NCBI GenBank assembly: GCA_046757165.1
Contig: JBHHXT010000024.1
Location: 1-41,720 of the forward strand
Length of the DNA: 41,720 nt
Origin: a bacterium
GTDB taxonomy: Bacteria > Zhuqueibacterota > Zhuqueibacteria > Oceanimicrobiales > Oceanimicrobiaceae
Direction of reading: 5' to 3'
Shown here in pieces: positions 28,691 through 37,841 of this stretch (positions are counted from its first letter, which is position 1; each line of letters opens with the position of its first letter). Below the pieces are notes generated by a model. The model ran no database searches and was not told where the DNA came from. It saw nothing but the letters and a program-made list of their open reading frames with translations. The translations under genes were made by a program, and so were the position numbers.

Positions 28691-28935
28691 GTCGAGAATT
28701 GGCGCAACATAAACAGGAGAAACTTTCGCACTCGCTCGAGGATGGAGCGCCCCCTCCGCCGTAGATGTTTTTGCCTAACCCATTCAGCGTGGCGCGGGCC
28801 GAGAACGGTCGACGTGTTCATGCTCCAACAATTTATCCAGATTCATCGGCAACATAATCGTAAACGTCGTCCCTTTGCCGACCTCGCTCTCTACGGTGAT
28901 CTTGCCTTTATGGTCCTGAATGATTTGGTAACAGA
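28691..28935 (+). repeat. Right copy of long imperfect direct repeat (245 bp)
   Basis: Contains a decayed SprA-like 3' end (12-nt deletion between two GATGG, plus a 1-nt indel) and the intact 3' end of the hybrid kinase gene. Confidence 0.92.
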
Positions 28936-31900
28936 TTGACAACCCGAGTCCCGTGCCAACTCCAACCCCCTTGGTTGTAAAGCCAGGATCGAAAACCTTG
29001 TCAAGCTTTTCCTGTGGAATGCCCGCGCCATCGTCGCTCATTCTAATCTGAACTTTGGGATGAACGAGCCTGGTCGTGATGGTGATTGTCCCTCGTTCGC
29101 GGATCGCTTGTTTTGCGTTGATGAGCAGGTTGAGAAAGACCTGATTCAGCCGACCCGGAAAGCAAGGGATCGGAGGGATATCCCCGTAGTTTTTGTCGAC
29201 CGTAATGTTGTGCTTGATTTCGTGATGAATCAGCGTGAGCGTGTCTTCGAGCCCTTCGTGGATGTCGACGAGTTTGAGCTCTGCTTCATCCAGCCGTGCG
29301 AAGCTCCTGAGCCTGCGAACAATCGTGGTGACCCGTTCGCTCCCCGTGTCGATGACTTTGTTGGCATCCTGAATGATTCTAAGCGGTCCATAGAGGTCGC
29401 CATCATTTTTCAGGTCTTCGGCGTATTTGGTTTCCAGCGTCTGTTCGAGTCTTACGACGGCGCGCTTGAGCGTATCGTGCATGCTATGAACGGCCCCGAT
29501 CGGTGTGTTGATTTCATGTGCGATGCCGGCGACCAACATGCCCAGAGAGGCCATCTTCTCCGACTGCACGAGCTGTCCCTGTGTCTGGTGCAGATGCTGG
29601 TTTGCTCGCGCCAGCTCCCGCAGGCTCTCTTGCAGCGCTTTTTCCGCCTGTTTGCGCTCGGTGATGTCGCGCGCGAATCCGATTCGGCATGTCACTTCCC
29701 CTTTGTCATCATACATCGAGAAGGCAGAGAGTTCTACATCTACCGGGGCGCCGTTCTTGGGATGGCTTACGATTTCACCGCGGAAGCTGCCGGTTCTCGT
29801 CAAAGATTCGCCAATCTTGCTGAAGGTTTCTTCGGAGGTGAATAGAGCAGGGGTCTTGCCACGCAGCTCCTCATCGGTGTAACGGTAAAGCTTTCGGGCG
29901 GCAGGATTCTGCTCCAGAAAGAAGCCGTCAGGGTCCAGAATGGTGATCGGATCGTTCGAGTTCTGGAAGATCTCTTTATACAGGTGAAGCTTTTCCTGTG
30001 CCAGCTTGCGCTCTGTGATGTCCTCGCTGACGCCGCAATAGCGGTAGATCTCCCCATCTGCATTGCGTACGGCAAAAGCGCGCGAGCGAATCCAGCGCAC
30101 GGAGTTGTCCGGGCGAATGATGCGAAACTCCTGTTCGTTTTCGCGGCGCCCAGCTTGTTCCAGGTCACTGGAGAGTTTCTTGATGTCGTCCGGATGGACA
30201 GCGTTCAGCCAGTTGTCCGGGTTCTTGTAAAGCAGTTCACGCGGCCGGCCAAAGATGTCTTCATAGGAGGGGCTCACATAGATCATTTCATGCAGCTCGA
30301 GGTCGACCATCCAAAAGACCTCCTTGATGTTCTCATTCAGCTGACGGAATTTCTCCTCGCTCTCGCGCAGTGCTTCCTCAGCTTTTTTTCGCTCGCTGAT
30401 ATCATAAAGAGAGCTGATGAAGACAGACTCGCCACCGATTTCGGTCGTCTCGATGGAAAAGATCATCCAGGCTGTCGTGCCGTCTGCCTTTCTTATTTCA
30501 ACCTCGTGGTTACGCAGGGAGCCGTTTTGGTTCACTTTTTCGAGCACGATCTTACGTTCTTCGGGATTGGCGTAGTAGTCCGGTGCGGAGGCGCCGGTCA
30601 GCGCCTTTCTTTTCACGCCGATGAGGTCGGCCATCTGGTGATTGGCATAGAGTATCTTACCGTCTTGTTTGCGCGTGACAATCACCGGGAACGGCGAGGC
30701 TTCCATGATGGCACGCAATTGCTCGTCCGCCCGCTTCATCTTCGTGATATCGTTATAAATCCAAACGCTGCCCAGCTCCTTGTTGTCCTTGTCCAGCACT
30801 GGGATGGCAAACACAGAGACAAATCTAATATTGGGTGTCGACAACTCGAAGGCGCGCTCATAAATCTTTTCCATGTCAGACAAGCCTTCGATATCTGTGT
30901 CCGGGTGCGCCAGCAGCCGTTCGGCTAACCGCTGGAATTTCTTCTGCGCCTTGAAGCAGGACTTGATGCCGTTGTTAAACCTCGAAATGGGCTGATTCAT
31001 CATCGCGGTTGTGTCGATGCAGAAGAAGTCTTTCACACGCCGGTTCGAGGCGATAATTCTGTTGTTGAGATCAACCATGACAATCGCACTGAGCGAAGAG
31101 TCCAGAATGGCTTGCAGGCGGTTGTTGGTCTCAGAAACTTTGCGCAACAAACGCTCCATTTCCTTGTTCTTGTGTTCAAGCTGCTCCTGTACAGAAAGCA
31201 GCTCGATATTTGCTCTTGCGAGGGAATAGGTGTTCTTTTCCGACTCCCTGGTTTTCTTTCGCAGCTCCTGTTCCAGCTCCTTCCGCTTCGTAATGTCACG
31301 CGCAATACCGTCCTGTCGGACGACCTTGCCGTTTTCAAAGATGAGGCGTCTGTTCACTTCAAAGTGCCTGGTCTTGCCCGATTTGCAGATCATGCGAAAC
31401 TGTAGAGTCTTAATCTTGGAATCGCCTGCGGTCTTGGTTTTCTGAAAACTGGCTTTGAGCTGTTCTCTGTCGTGCGGATGGACATAATCGAAGACTGAGC
31501 GCCCAAGCATCTCGGAAATCGCATAACCAAGCAACCTTTCCCCTGCGGGGCTCACGCTCAAGAACCTTCCTTTTGAATTGAGCGAATACACGAGATCCGG
31601 CACGGTTTCCAAAAGCATCTGTAGATTCGATTCCGACCGCGTGAGCGCTTGCTCGAGACTGGCCTGCTCCAGTGCTTTCTGAATGGTCGTCTCGATGGTG
31701 TTGATTTCGACCGGCTTGAGAACGAAATCATTCGCTCCCTGTTTGATAGCGCTTACTGCCTGTTCAACAGAGCCGCGAGCGGTCAAGATGATCACGGGCG
31801 TCTCAGCATTGATGCGCTTGACCTGCCGCAAAACTTCCAGACCGTCCATCTCGGGCATGTGCAGGTCGCACAGGATGACATCGGCGCCAGCAGACTGAAA

Positions 31901-32032
31901 CTGTCCCAGCCCCTCGCTGCCAGAGGCTGCCAGAGACAGGCGGAATCCCTTTGCCTCCAGCTTTGCGCTCAAATCTTGACGCGCGTGCGCGTCATCCTCA
32001 ACATAGAGCAAGTGAATGTTTTTCATTTTCAA
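28784..32032 (-). CDS. Cytoplasmic hybrid sensor kinase: REC + 5 PAS/PAC + HisKA + HATPase
   Basis: REC (YVEDD, LCDLHMPEMDG, KP); five PAS blocks ending in DIT/DIS motifs; H-box SEKMASLGMLVAGIAHEINTP; NQVFLNLLINA, DDGAG, FTTKGVGVGTGLGL; no TM. Start TTG 32032 or ATG 32026. Confidence 0.95.
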   Translation of the reverse strand: MKMKNIHLLYVEDDAHARQDLSAKLEAKGFRLSLAASGSEGLGQFQSAGADVILCDLHMPEMDGLEVLRQVKRINAETPVIILTARGSVEQAVSAIKQGANDFVLKPVEINTIETTIQKALEQASLEQALTRSESNLQMLLETVPDLVYSLNSKGRFLSVSPAGERLLGYAISEMLGRSVFDYVHPHDREQLKASFQKTKTAGDSKIKTLQFRMICKSGKTRHFEVNRRLIFENGKVVRQDGIARDITKRKELEQELRKKTRESEKNTYSLARANIELLSVQEQLEHKNKEMERLLRKVSETNNRLQAILDSSLSAIVMVDLNNRIIASNRRVKDFFCIDTTAMMNQPISRFNNGIKSCFKAQKKFQRLAERLLAHPDTDIEGLSDMEKIYERAFELSTPNIRFVSVFAIPVLDKDNKELGSVWIYNDITKMKRADEQLRAIMEASPFPVIVTRKQDGKILYANHQMADLIGVKRKALTGASAPDYYANPEERKIVLEKVNQNGSLRNHEVEIRKADGTTAWMIFSIETTEIGGESVFISSLYDISERKKAEEALRESEEKFRQLNENIKEVFWMVDLELHEMIYVSPSYEDIFGRPRELLYKNPDNWLNAVHPDDIKKLSSDLEQAGRRENEQEFRIIRPDNSVRWIRSRAFAVRNADGEIYRYCGVSEDITERKLAQEKLHLYKEIFQNSNDPITILDPDGFFLEQNPAARKLYRYTDEELRGKTPALFTSEETFSKIGESLTRTGSFRGEIVSHPKNGAPVDVELSAFSMYDDKGEVTCRIGFARDITERKQAEKALQESLRELARANQHLHQTQGQLVQSEKMASLGMLVAGIAHEINTPIGAVHSMHDTLKRAVVRLEQTLETKYAEDLKNDGDLYGPLRIIQDANKVIDTGSERVTTIVRRLRSFARLDEAELKLVDIHEGLEDTLTLIHHEIKHNITVDKNYGDIPPIPCFPGRLNQVFLNLLINAKQAIRERGTITITTRLVHPKVQIRMSDDGAGIPQEKLDKVFDPGFTTKGVGVGTGLGLSICYQIIQDHKGKITVESEVGKGTTFTIMLPMNLDKLLEHEHVDRSRPAPR

Positions 32033-32239
32033 GTGCTTGTTTTAACAGGTCTACACCACTTTGCCTAAAAGGTATTAAAGTCCACCCTCAAAATCAATCA
32101 AAGTGTTCAATTAAATGTTGCATAAATGGCTCTATTAGATTACCTTGAATTCTCAAGGCTAAGCAACACCGTCACGAAAGTTCGTTCGCGCGCCTTTGCT
32201 TGCGAGGCAGGGAACAGGCCTGAACTTCTTATAAATATT

Positions 32240-35068
32240 ATGGTTGACCTCGTCAATTATCCGAAATTATCTCGAAGTGCTATTGCAGGACTCGCTTCAT
32301 TGTTCATCATCGTTGCTGGTGCAAACTTCTACCGTTTTTCGACCTCCACGACAGACGAGAACCTTTTCCGCGCGCCTCCTTCCCACCTGTATGTCACCAC
32401 CAGTTTCCCGACCCTGAATCAGAGCAGAGCAAGTCACCCGTCCAACCCGAATGCGGCCATTGACTCGGTTAAGATAGGGGATATTTTGTCTTCTGTCGAC
32501 CATCAGCGCGTCAAAACAGTTGCCCAGTTCGAGAAGATCACACACCCTCTCCCACATGACAGCGAGATAACATTCGGGATCCTCCGGATCTCGGAGGGTG
32601 AACGCTACAACTTTCTGGTCAGAAAATCAGCGCTGCCGGATAGTTTCCTGACAGACCTGCCCAATTGTGTACTGGTTTATCATGTGACTCCCGGAGGCGC
32701 TTCTGACCTGGCAGACCTGCGCGTAGGCGACCTCATCTATCGCATAAATGGTGAGGCGTTCAGCACGACCAACGAAGCGGACTTCATCCTGCGTGGTGTG
32801 GAGAGTGGCAAAACCATCCTCTATGACGTTATCCGCAACAACAAGAAAATCGTCGTACCAGTCACCCTGGCTAAGTTTGGTCTGCAATTGGCGGTGTTCT
32901 CTTTCTTTCTGGTCGGATTGGTTTACTGGGGGACCGGAGCGTTCATCGCGCTCAGCAAGCCGCACATCCTGGCGGCCCGGCTCCTGGGCCTGGGATTTAT
33001 GTGCTTTGGATTCTTCATGATGGTGCTGCTGGCGCAACGGGATGTGGTGTTTGACGTCTTTGCGAAATTGCGCACGGTCATGGCGCTGGGCGCCTTCCTG
33101 TTCGGTTTCGTCTTGTGGGGCCATAGCAAATATTATTTTCCTCTGGAGCAACCACAAATACAAACCAGACGAGGGCAAACCCTCGCGCCTTACCTGATGG
33201 CAACCGGTTTCTTGCTCGTGTTTGTTGCCATGATCTACTTGAATGTAGACAGCAAATTGGCTGTCCGGATTGTTTTCTGGAGCGCCGGAGCCTTGATTCT
33301 GGGGTACAGCTTCTTGTTTGATTTGATTTACCGTAAGCAGCGAAGTACGCAATACAAGAAGATAAAACGGCCGCTAGGCTGGTTGAGTTTCTCAGCTTGT
33401 ATTCTGGCCGCGGTTACGGGATACCTGATTATCAGCACAGGCGAACCCAGACAGTTCGGACTGATCGGCTTCTATTTTTTGATTATTCCGGTTGCGTATC
33501 TCTATAGCATCGCTCGCTTCCAGCTTCTGGAGATGAAGTTGCGCGTTCGCAAGAATGTGCAATATAGCATTGCATCCACCCTCTGGGTCATCGCCATGTC
33601 CTCAGTTCTGGTGAAGCTGTTGCTTGCTTTGCCGAGCCTGGATCTCAATATTCCAAATATTCAGTTCACCGGCACCTCCTTCGTTGTCCTGGACATTCCA
33701 CCTGATCCCAGACTGCATGACTTTTGGGAAAAATTGCTCATCATGGTGTTCGCTCTGGGGCTTGCGCTCGTTTTCTGGCGGCTTGGCAAGATGGGGCAGG
33801 GCGTGCTCGAGAGGCTGTTCAATCGGCGCGCCTACGACATCAACCGCGCAACCAGCGAGCTGGCCGAAGTCATGGCGACCAAACTTGGCATGAAGGAGCT
33901 TGCTCGGGGTGTGGTCGAAAAACTCGCAAAACTCATGCAGCTCAAACGGATCGGCATCATGTTTTTTCGCGATCAAAAAAGCTGTTGCTGCCAGGAGGCT
34001 CATGGTTTCGATGGCACCGAGTGGGAGGTGTTTTGCGTAACCGTTAGTGACAAGCTTATCCATGAGATCCAAAAATTCCGCAGCGAGTCCCGCTTCAGTA
34101 TCGATTACTTGCCCTACGGCATCAAAGAGGATTTATTGCGGGAAGGTTTTCGTCACCTCATCCCTATCCGCTTTAAAGACAAGCTGGTCGGGACGTTCAT
34201 CATCGGGGAGAAGCTCTCGGAGTCGCCGCTCCATCTCGAAGATTTGAGCTTTCTGGCAGCCGTGGCGAAGCAGGCCTCCATCGCTATCGAGAATGCATTC
34301 TTACACGAAGAGCTCACCGAGCAGGAACGGTTGAAACACGAGTTGAAGATCGCCCGCCGTATCCAGATGGCCTCATTGCCGCAAACGACGCCACAGGTGG
34401 ACGGCCTGGAAATCGCCGGTATCTCCATCCCGGCGCTCGAGGTTGGCGGCGACTATTTCGATTACCTCAATGGCGTCTCGGCTGGTGTCACGGTCATTGT
34501 TGGCGACGTCAGCGGCAAAGGCACATCTGCAGCGCTTTACATGTCGAAGGTGCAAGGGATCATTCGTTCTCTGCATGGGTTCAACCTATCACCCGGAGAG
34601 CTGTTTGTGCGCGCCAACCAGCTCTTGTTCCAGGATCTCGAAAAGAAATCCTTCATCACGGCAATTGGCGCCTTCATCGACCCGGGCAAGCGCAAGTTGG
34701 TCCTGGCGCGTGCGGGCCACCTGCCATTGTTCTATTTTAGCTTTGTAGCAAAGGAGGTCTCACTGCTCACGCCCAGAGGGCTGGGTCTTGGCCTGGACGG
34801 CGCCGAGGTCTTCGCCAGTGAGTTGGAAGAAAGCGAGATCTCCTATCAAGCCGGCGATGTCTTTCTGTTGGTGACCGATGGTGTAACCGAAGCGCAAACC
34901 GCAGCGGGAGGTGAGTTCGGTGAGGACAAACTGATAGAAGTCTTGAGCGCAAATGCTGCGCTCGATGCCAACAACATTCGTGACCGCGTATTAGCCGAAG
35001 TCAGGTACTTTCTCGACGACGAGCTGCCGCATGATGACCAGACCGTGGTCGTCGTCAAAGCACTATAG
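32240..35068 (+). CDS. Membrane PP2C/SpoIIE (RsbU-like) phosphatase with two extracytoplasmic PDZ domains and GAF
   Basis: N-terminal TM; PDZ-like VKIGDILSSVD and VTPGGASDLADLRVGDLIYRING; multiple TMs; GAF (LIPI...LVG...GEK); PP2C motifs GGDYFD, GDVSGKG, AGHLP, TDGVTE, DDQT. ATG 32240 preferred over the track's 32126. Confidence 0.9.
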   Translation: MVDLVNYPKLSRSAIAGLASLFIIVAGANFYRFSTSTTDENLFRAPPSHLYVTTSFPTLNQSRASHPSNPNAAIDSVKIGDILSSVDHQRVKTVAQFEKITHPLPHDSEITFGILRISEGERYNFLVRKSALPDSFLTDLPNCVLVYHVTPGGASDLADLRVGDLIYRINGEAFSTTNEADFILRGVESGKTILYDVIRNNKKIVVPVTLAKFGLQLAVFSFFLVGLVYWGTGAFIALSKPHILAARLLGLGFMCFGFFMMVLLAQRDVVFDVFAKLRTVMALGAFLFGFVLWGHSKYYFPLEQPQIQTRRGQTLAPYLMATGFLLVFVAMIYLNVDSKLAVRIVFWSAGALILGYSFLFDLIYRKQRSTQYKKIKRPLGWLSFSACILAAVTGYLIISTGEPRQFGLIGFYFLIIPVAYLYSIARFQLLEMKLRVRKNVQYSIASTLWVIAMSSVLVKLLLALPSLDLNIPNIQFTGTSFVVLDIPPDPRLHDFWEKLLIMVFALGLALVFWRLGKMGQGVLERLFNRRAYDINRATSELAEVMATKLGMKELARGVVEKLAKLMQLKRIGIMFFRDQKSCCCQEAHGFDGTEWEVFCVTVSDKLIHEIQKFRSESRFSIDYLPYGIKEDLLREGFRHLIPIRFKDKLVGTFIIGEKLSESPLHLEDLSFLAAVAKQASIAIENAFLHEELTEQERLKHELKIARRIQMASLPQTTPQVDGLEIAGISIPALEVGGDYFDYLNGVSAGVTVIVGDVSGKGTSAALYMSKVQGIIRSLHGFNLSPGELFVRANQLLFQDLEKKSFITAIGAFIDPGKRKLVLARAGHLPLFYFSFVAKEVSLLTPRGLGLGLDGAEVFASELEESEISYQAGDVFLLVTDGVTEAQTAAGGEFGEDKLIEVLSANAALDANNIRDRVLAEVRYFLDDELPHDDQTVVVVKAL

Positions 35069-35175
35069 CGCGCCGACCATCCGGAGTGAGCTGGTGGTCT
35101 CGCATGGGGGTCATATTCTAAAACAAGGAGCGTCTACACACCGACCTTCCATCAGAAAACCGTAGGGGTTAAACC

Positions 35176-36012
35176 ATGAACAAGTCAAGTCCAGCCGACC
35201 TGCAGAAGAATATCTGTGAACTCCAGAGCCAGCTCCAGCGAATGAAAAAGCTGTCGACATTGGGGGAGCTGGCCACGGGGATCGTCCACGATCTCAAGAA
35301 CCCGTTGACGTTCATCAAGAATTTTTGCGAGCTTGGTCAAGAAACGTTGCGCGAGCTGAAAATCGCCATCGCTGCAGAAGGCAACACTTTTTCGCGCAAG
35401 CCGGAAATCGAGAACATGCTGGAGACGCTGCAATTCAATCTCACCAGAATAGCGGACAACAGCAATCGAGCGAACGAAACGATTCAGCATATCCTGCTCT
35501 ATGCCCGCACCAAGAAGCAGCCCCCTGAACCGACCGATATTCACAAGCTCATCGATGAATATTTGGCTCTGGCTTATCACGCCGCACGAGCTCAAAGCAC
35601 CACCTTTACGCTGAGTATCCAAAAGAACTACGACGCCAGAGTTGGGCTTGTTGAGGGGATTGTGCAGGATATCAGCCGGATGCTTCTCAATATTTTTTCA
35701 AACGCATGTTTTGCCATGGCGGAGAAGGATTCCTTCACCGGGCCAGGCTATTCGCCAGCGCTGTCCATACAAACGCAAGGTTGCAGGGGGAAGGTCCTCA
35801 TTCGAATTCGTGACAACGGGACGGGAATACGGGATGAGAATCTGGAAGAGATCTTTGAGCCGTTCTTTACGACAAAAAAGGGCAATCAGGGAACCGGGCT
35901 GGGATTGACGATTTGCAAGGACATCGTTGAAGCGCACGGCGGTGAGATTTCTGTGACCTCGCAATGGGGAGAGTTTGCTGAATTCACCATTACACTTCCG
36001 GCAGAGGGATAA
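35176..36012 (+). CDS. Sensorless cytoplasmic histidine kinase (HisKA + HATPase)
   Basis: KLSTLGELATGIVHDLKNPL, NIFSNA, DNGTGI, IFEPFFTTK, GTGLGL; an in-frame stop lies two codons upstream of the ATG. Confidence 0.9.
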   Translation: MNKSSPADLQKNICELQSQLQRMKKLSTLGELATGIVHDLKNPLTFIKNFCELGQETLRELKIAIAAEGNTFSRKPEIENMLETLQFNLTRIADNSNRANETIQHILLYARTKKQPPEPTDIHKLIDEYLALAYHAARAQSTTFTLSIQKNYDARVGLVEGIVQDISRMLLNIFSNACFAMAEKDSFTGPGYSPALSIQTQGCRGKVLIRIRDNGTGIRDENLEEIFEPFFTTKKGNQGTGLGLTICKDIVEAHGGEISVTSQWGEFAEFTITLPAEG

Positions 36013-36240
36013 TTCCCGCCTGATGCCAGGAGTTGTGCTGGCCATGTTTTCTCAATTCTTGCCAGACCTCAATCTAATCCTTCCTTGCATAAATATGCGG
36101 CCTACTGCGAACAGATGTCCAACAGGGGGTTGTCCAAAAATATTGCGAGTTTTCTTGTGATTTCGGCTCAGAGATAGTGGAGATGCTGAGAGGAATCTTG
36201 CTTTGAGATCCTGACCTGGCCAGAGCGGCAGGCCATGTTG

Positions 36241-36359
36241 ACCCACCCCAGGTTCAGACTCTGGACGAGTCTGAACCTGTCCCCTCCAGGGAGGGGAGCG
36301 GGGTAAATCTCCTCCCGGGAGGAGACAGAAAATGAACTTGTTCATTTTCAGAGGTGGGT
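36241..36359. repeat. REPIN/MITE-like element with four nested hairpins
   Basis: Termini ACCCACC...GGTGGGT; hairpins at 36249-36279 (13 bp perfect), 36280-36297, 36308-36325 and 36328-36349. Confidence 0.75.
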
Positions 36360-36421
36360 ATGGCTGTGCAACGAAGGAATAGACTGTCACGTCGACTGGC
36401 CGCTGAGAACACGCGCCAGGC

Positions 36422-37792
36422 TTACTGTCCAGATGCCTTTGGCGTTCTCTTAACGGGGAGATGTAAGGAAAAGACCGTCCCTTTCCCGACCTCACTTTTG
36501 ACCTCAATCCGTCCTCCGTGCTCCTCGATGATTTTGTAGGAGATCGACAATCCGAGCCCGGTGCCCACGCCGACCCCTTTTGTCGTAAAGCCAGGGTCGA
36601 AGATCTTGTCGATGTTCTGCGACGGAATGCCGACGCCCGTATCTGCAAAGTGCACGTGGATCTCCCCATCATGATATTCTGTTTTGATGGTTATCGTGCC
36701 TTCGCCCTGGATGGCCTGGCAACTGTTGACCAGGAGGTTCATGAATACCTGGTTCAACTGGCTGGCATAACATCGCGTTGGCGGGATGTCATCATACTGC
36801 TTGATGACTTTGATGCGGTCGCGGTTGAGGTGGGCAGTCAAAGAGAGCGTGCTATCGATGCCTTCGCGGAGGTCGACGGTCTTGAAATCCTCCTCGTCCA
36901 GGCGGGCAAAGTTGCGCAGGGTTTTGACGATGTTTGTGATGCGGCCGCACGCGGTGAGGTTGACCCTGGCCAGGTTTTGCAGAATCGCCACTGTTTTTGT
37001 GGCTTCCCCGCTGTCTCCGACCTTGCCGCGCAGTTTTTCAAAACAGCGGACGAACGTATCGGTGTTGGAATTGATGGCGCCAAGCGGTGTATTGATTTCG
37101 TGCGCGATGCCGGCGACCAGCATGCCGAGAGAAGCCATCTTCTCTGAGCGCAACAACTGCATCTGTGTGTCTTTCAAGGTGTCGTAGGCATGTTTCAGCT
37201 CCCGGTGTTTTTCGTTCACTTCCCGGGTGCGCTGGTCGACGAGCTTCTCGAGGTTGGTGTTGAGGTTTTCAATTTCTCGGTAGCTGCGCGCGTTCTCGAT
37301 GGCGATGCCGGCCAGATTGGCAAATCCCTCCAGAAAGGCAAGATCTTCTTGTTTGAAGAAATGCTGCTTGTCGGTCGTATCGAGATAAATCGTTCCGATG
37401 AGCTGGTCTTTTGTGCGCAGCGGCACACAGATGACGGATTTGATCTTGTGACGAATCAGGCTCATGCTCGGATCCATGCCAGGCGTGTCCGGAACATTTT
37501 GCATTAGAATGGGTCGGCCGCCGCTTTCCACTTTCTTGATGACGCTGCGGCTGATCAAGGCCACCACATCCTGAATGCTCCGTTTGTCCATCAGGCGTGC
37601 TGCTTGTACGGAGAGCTCCTGGGACCCCGTCTCGCGCAGCAGCAAAACGCCCTTTTCCGCATTGAGCAGCTCGATGGCCAGATCCATGATCTCATCAAGC
37701 AGTTTCTGCAGGTTGAGCTGGGAGTTGATTTTGCGGCTCACCTCGTAGAGGGCGATGAGCTGCGGGTAGGTGATATTGGGCTGGTTTTGCAT
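36422..37792 (-). CDS. GAF-domain sensor histidine kinase
   Basis: GAF (SVICVPL...IGTIYLD...F..EDL..L..FAN.A.IAIENAR), coiled coil, H-box SEKMASLGMLVAGIAHEINTP, N/G1/F/G2 boxes. Confidence 0.95.
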   Translation of the reverse strand: MQNQPNITYPQLIALYEVSRKINSQLNLQKLLDEIMDLAIELLNAEKGVLLLRETGSQELSVQAARLMDKRSIQDVVALISRSVIKKVESGGRPILMQNVPDTPGMDPSMSLIRHKIKSVICVPLRTKDQLIGTIYLDTTDKQHFFKQEDLAFLEGFANLAGIAIENARSYREIENLNTNLEKLVDQRTREVNEKHRELKHAYDTLKDTQMQLLRSEKMASLGMLVAGIAHEINTPLGAINSNTDTFVRCFEKLRGKVGDSGEATKTVAILQNLARVNLTACGRITNIVKTLRNFARLDEEDFKTVDLREGIDSTLSLTAHLNRDRIKVIKQYDDIPPTRCYASQLNQVFMNLLVNSCQAIQGEGTITIKTEYHDGEIHVHFADTGVGIPSQNIDKIFDPGFTTKGVGVGTGLGLSISYKIIEEHGGRIEVKSEVGKGTVFSLHLPVKRTPKASGQ

Positions 37793-37841
37793 CGAATCGT
37801 CAGAGTTGATTGGCAGTGGGTGCGCGCCTCGGACAACAAAC

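Noticed and set aside
27080..28821. Two minus-strand ORFs (27080-27325, 28597-28821) sharing MNTSTVLGPRHA..VRQKHL
   Set aside because: The similarity is a by-product of the DNA duplication read in a non-coding frame, not a small-protein family.
29060..30928. Long plus-strand ORFs (261 and 314 aa)
   Set aside because: Antisense shadows of the hybrid kinase.
36052..36672. 206-aa minus ORF and possible IS end GGGGGTTGTCCAAAAA near 36125
   Set aside because: The ORF is an alternate frame of the GAF kinase running through the palindromic element; no partner inverted repeat or transposase remnant was found.
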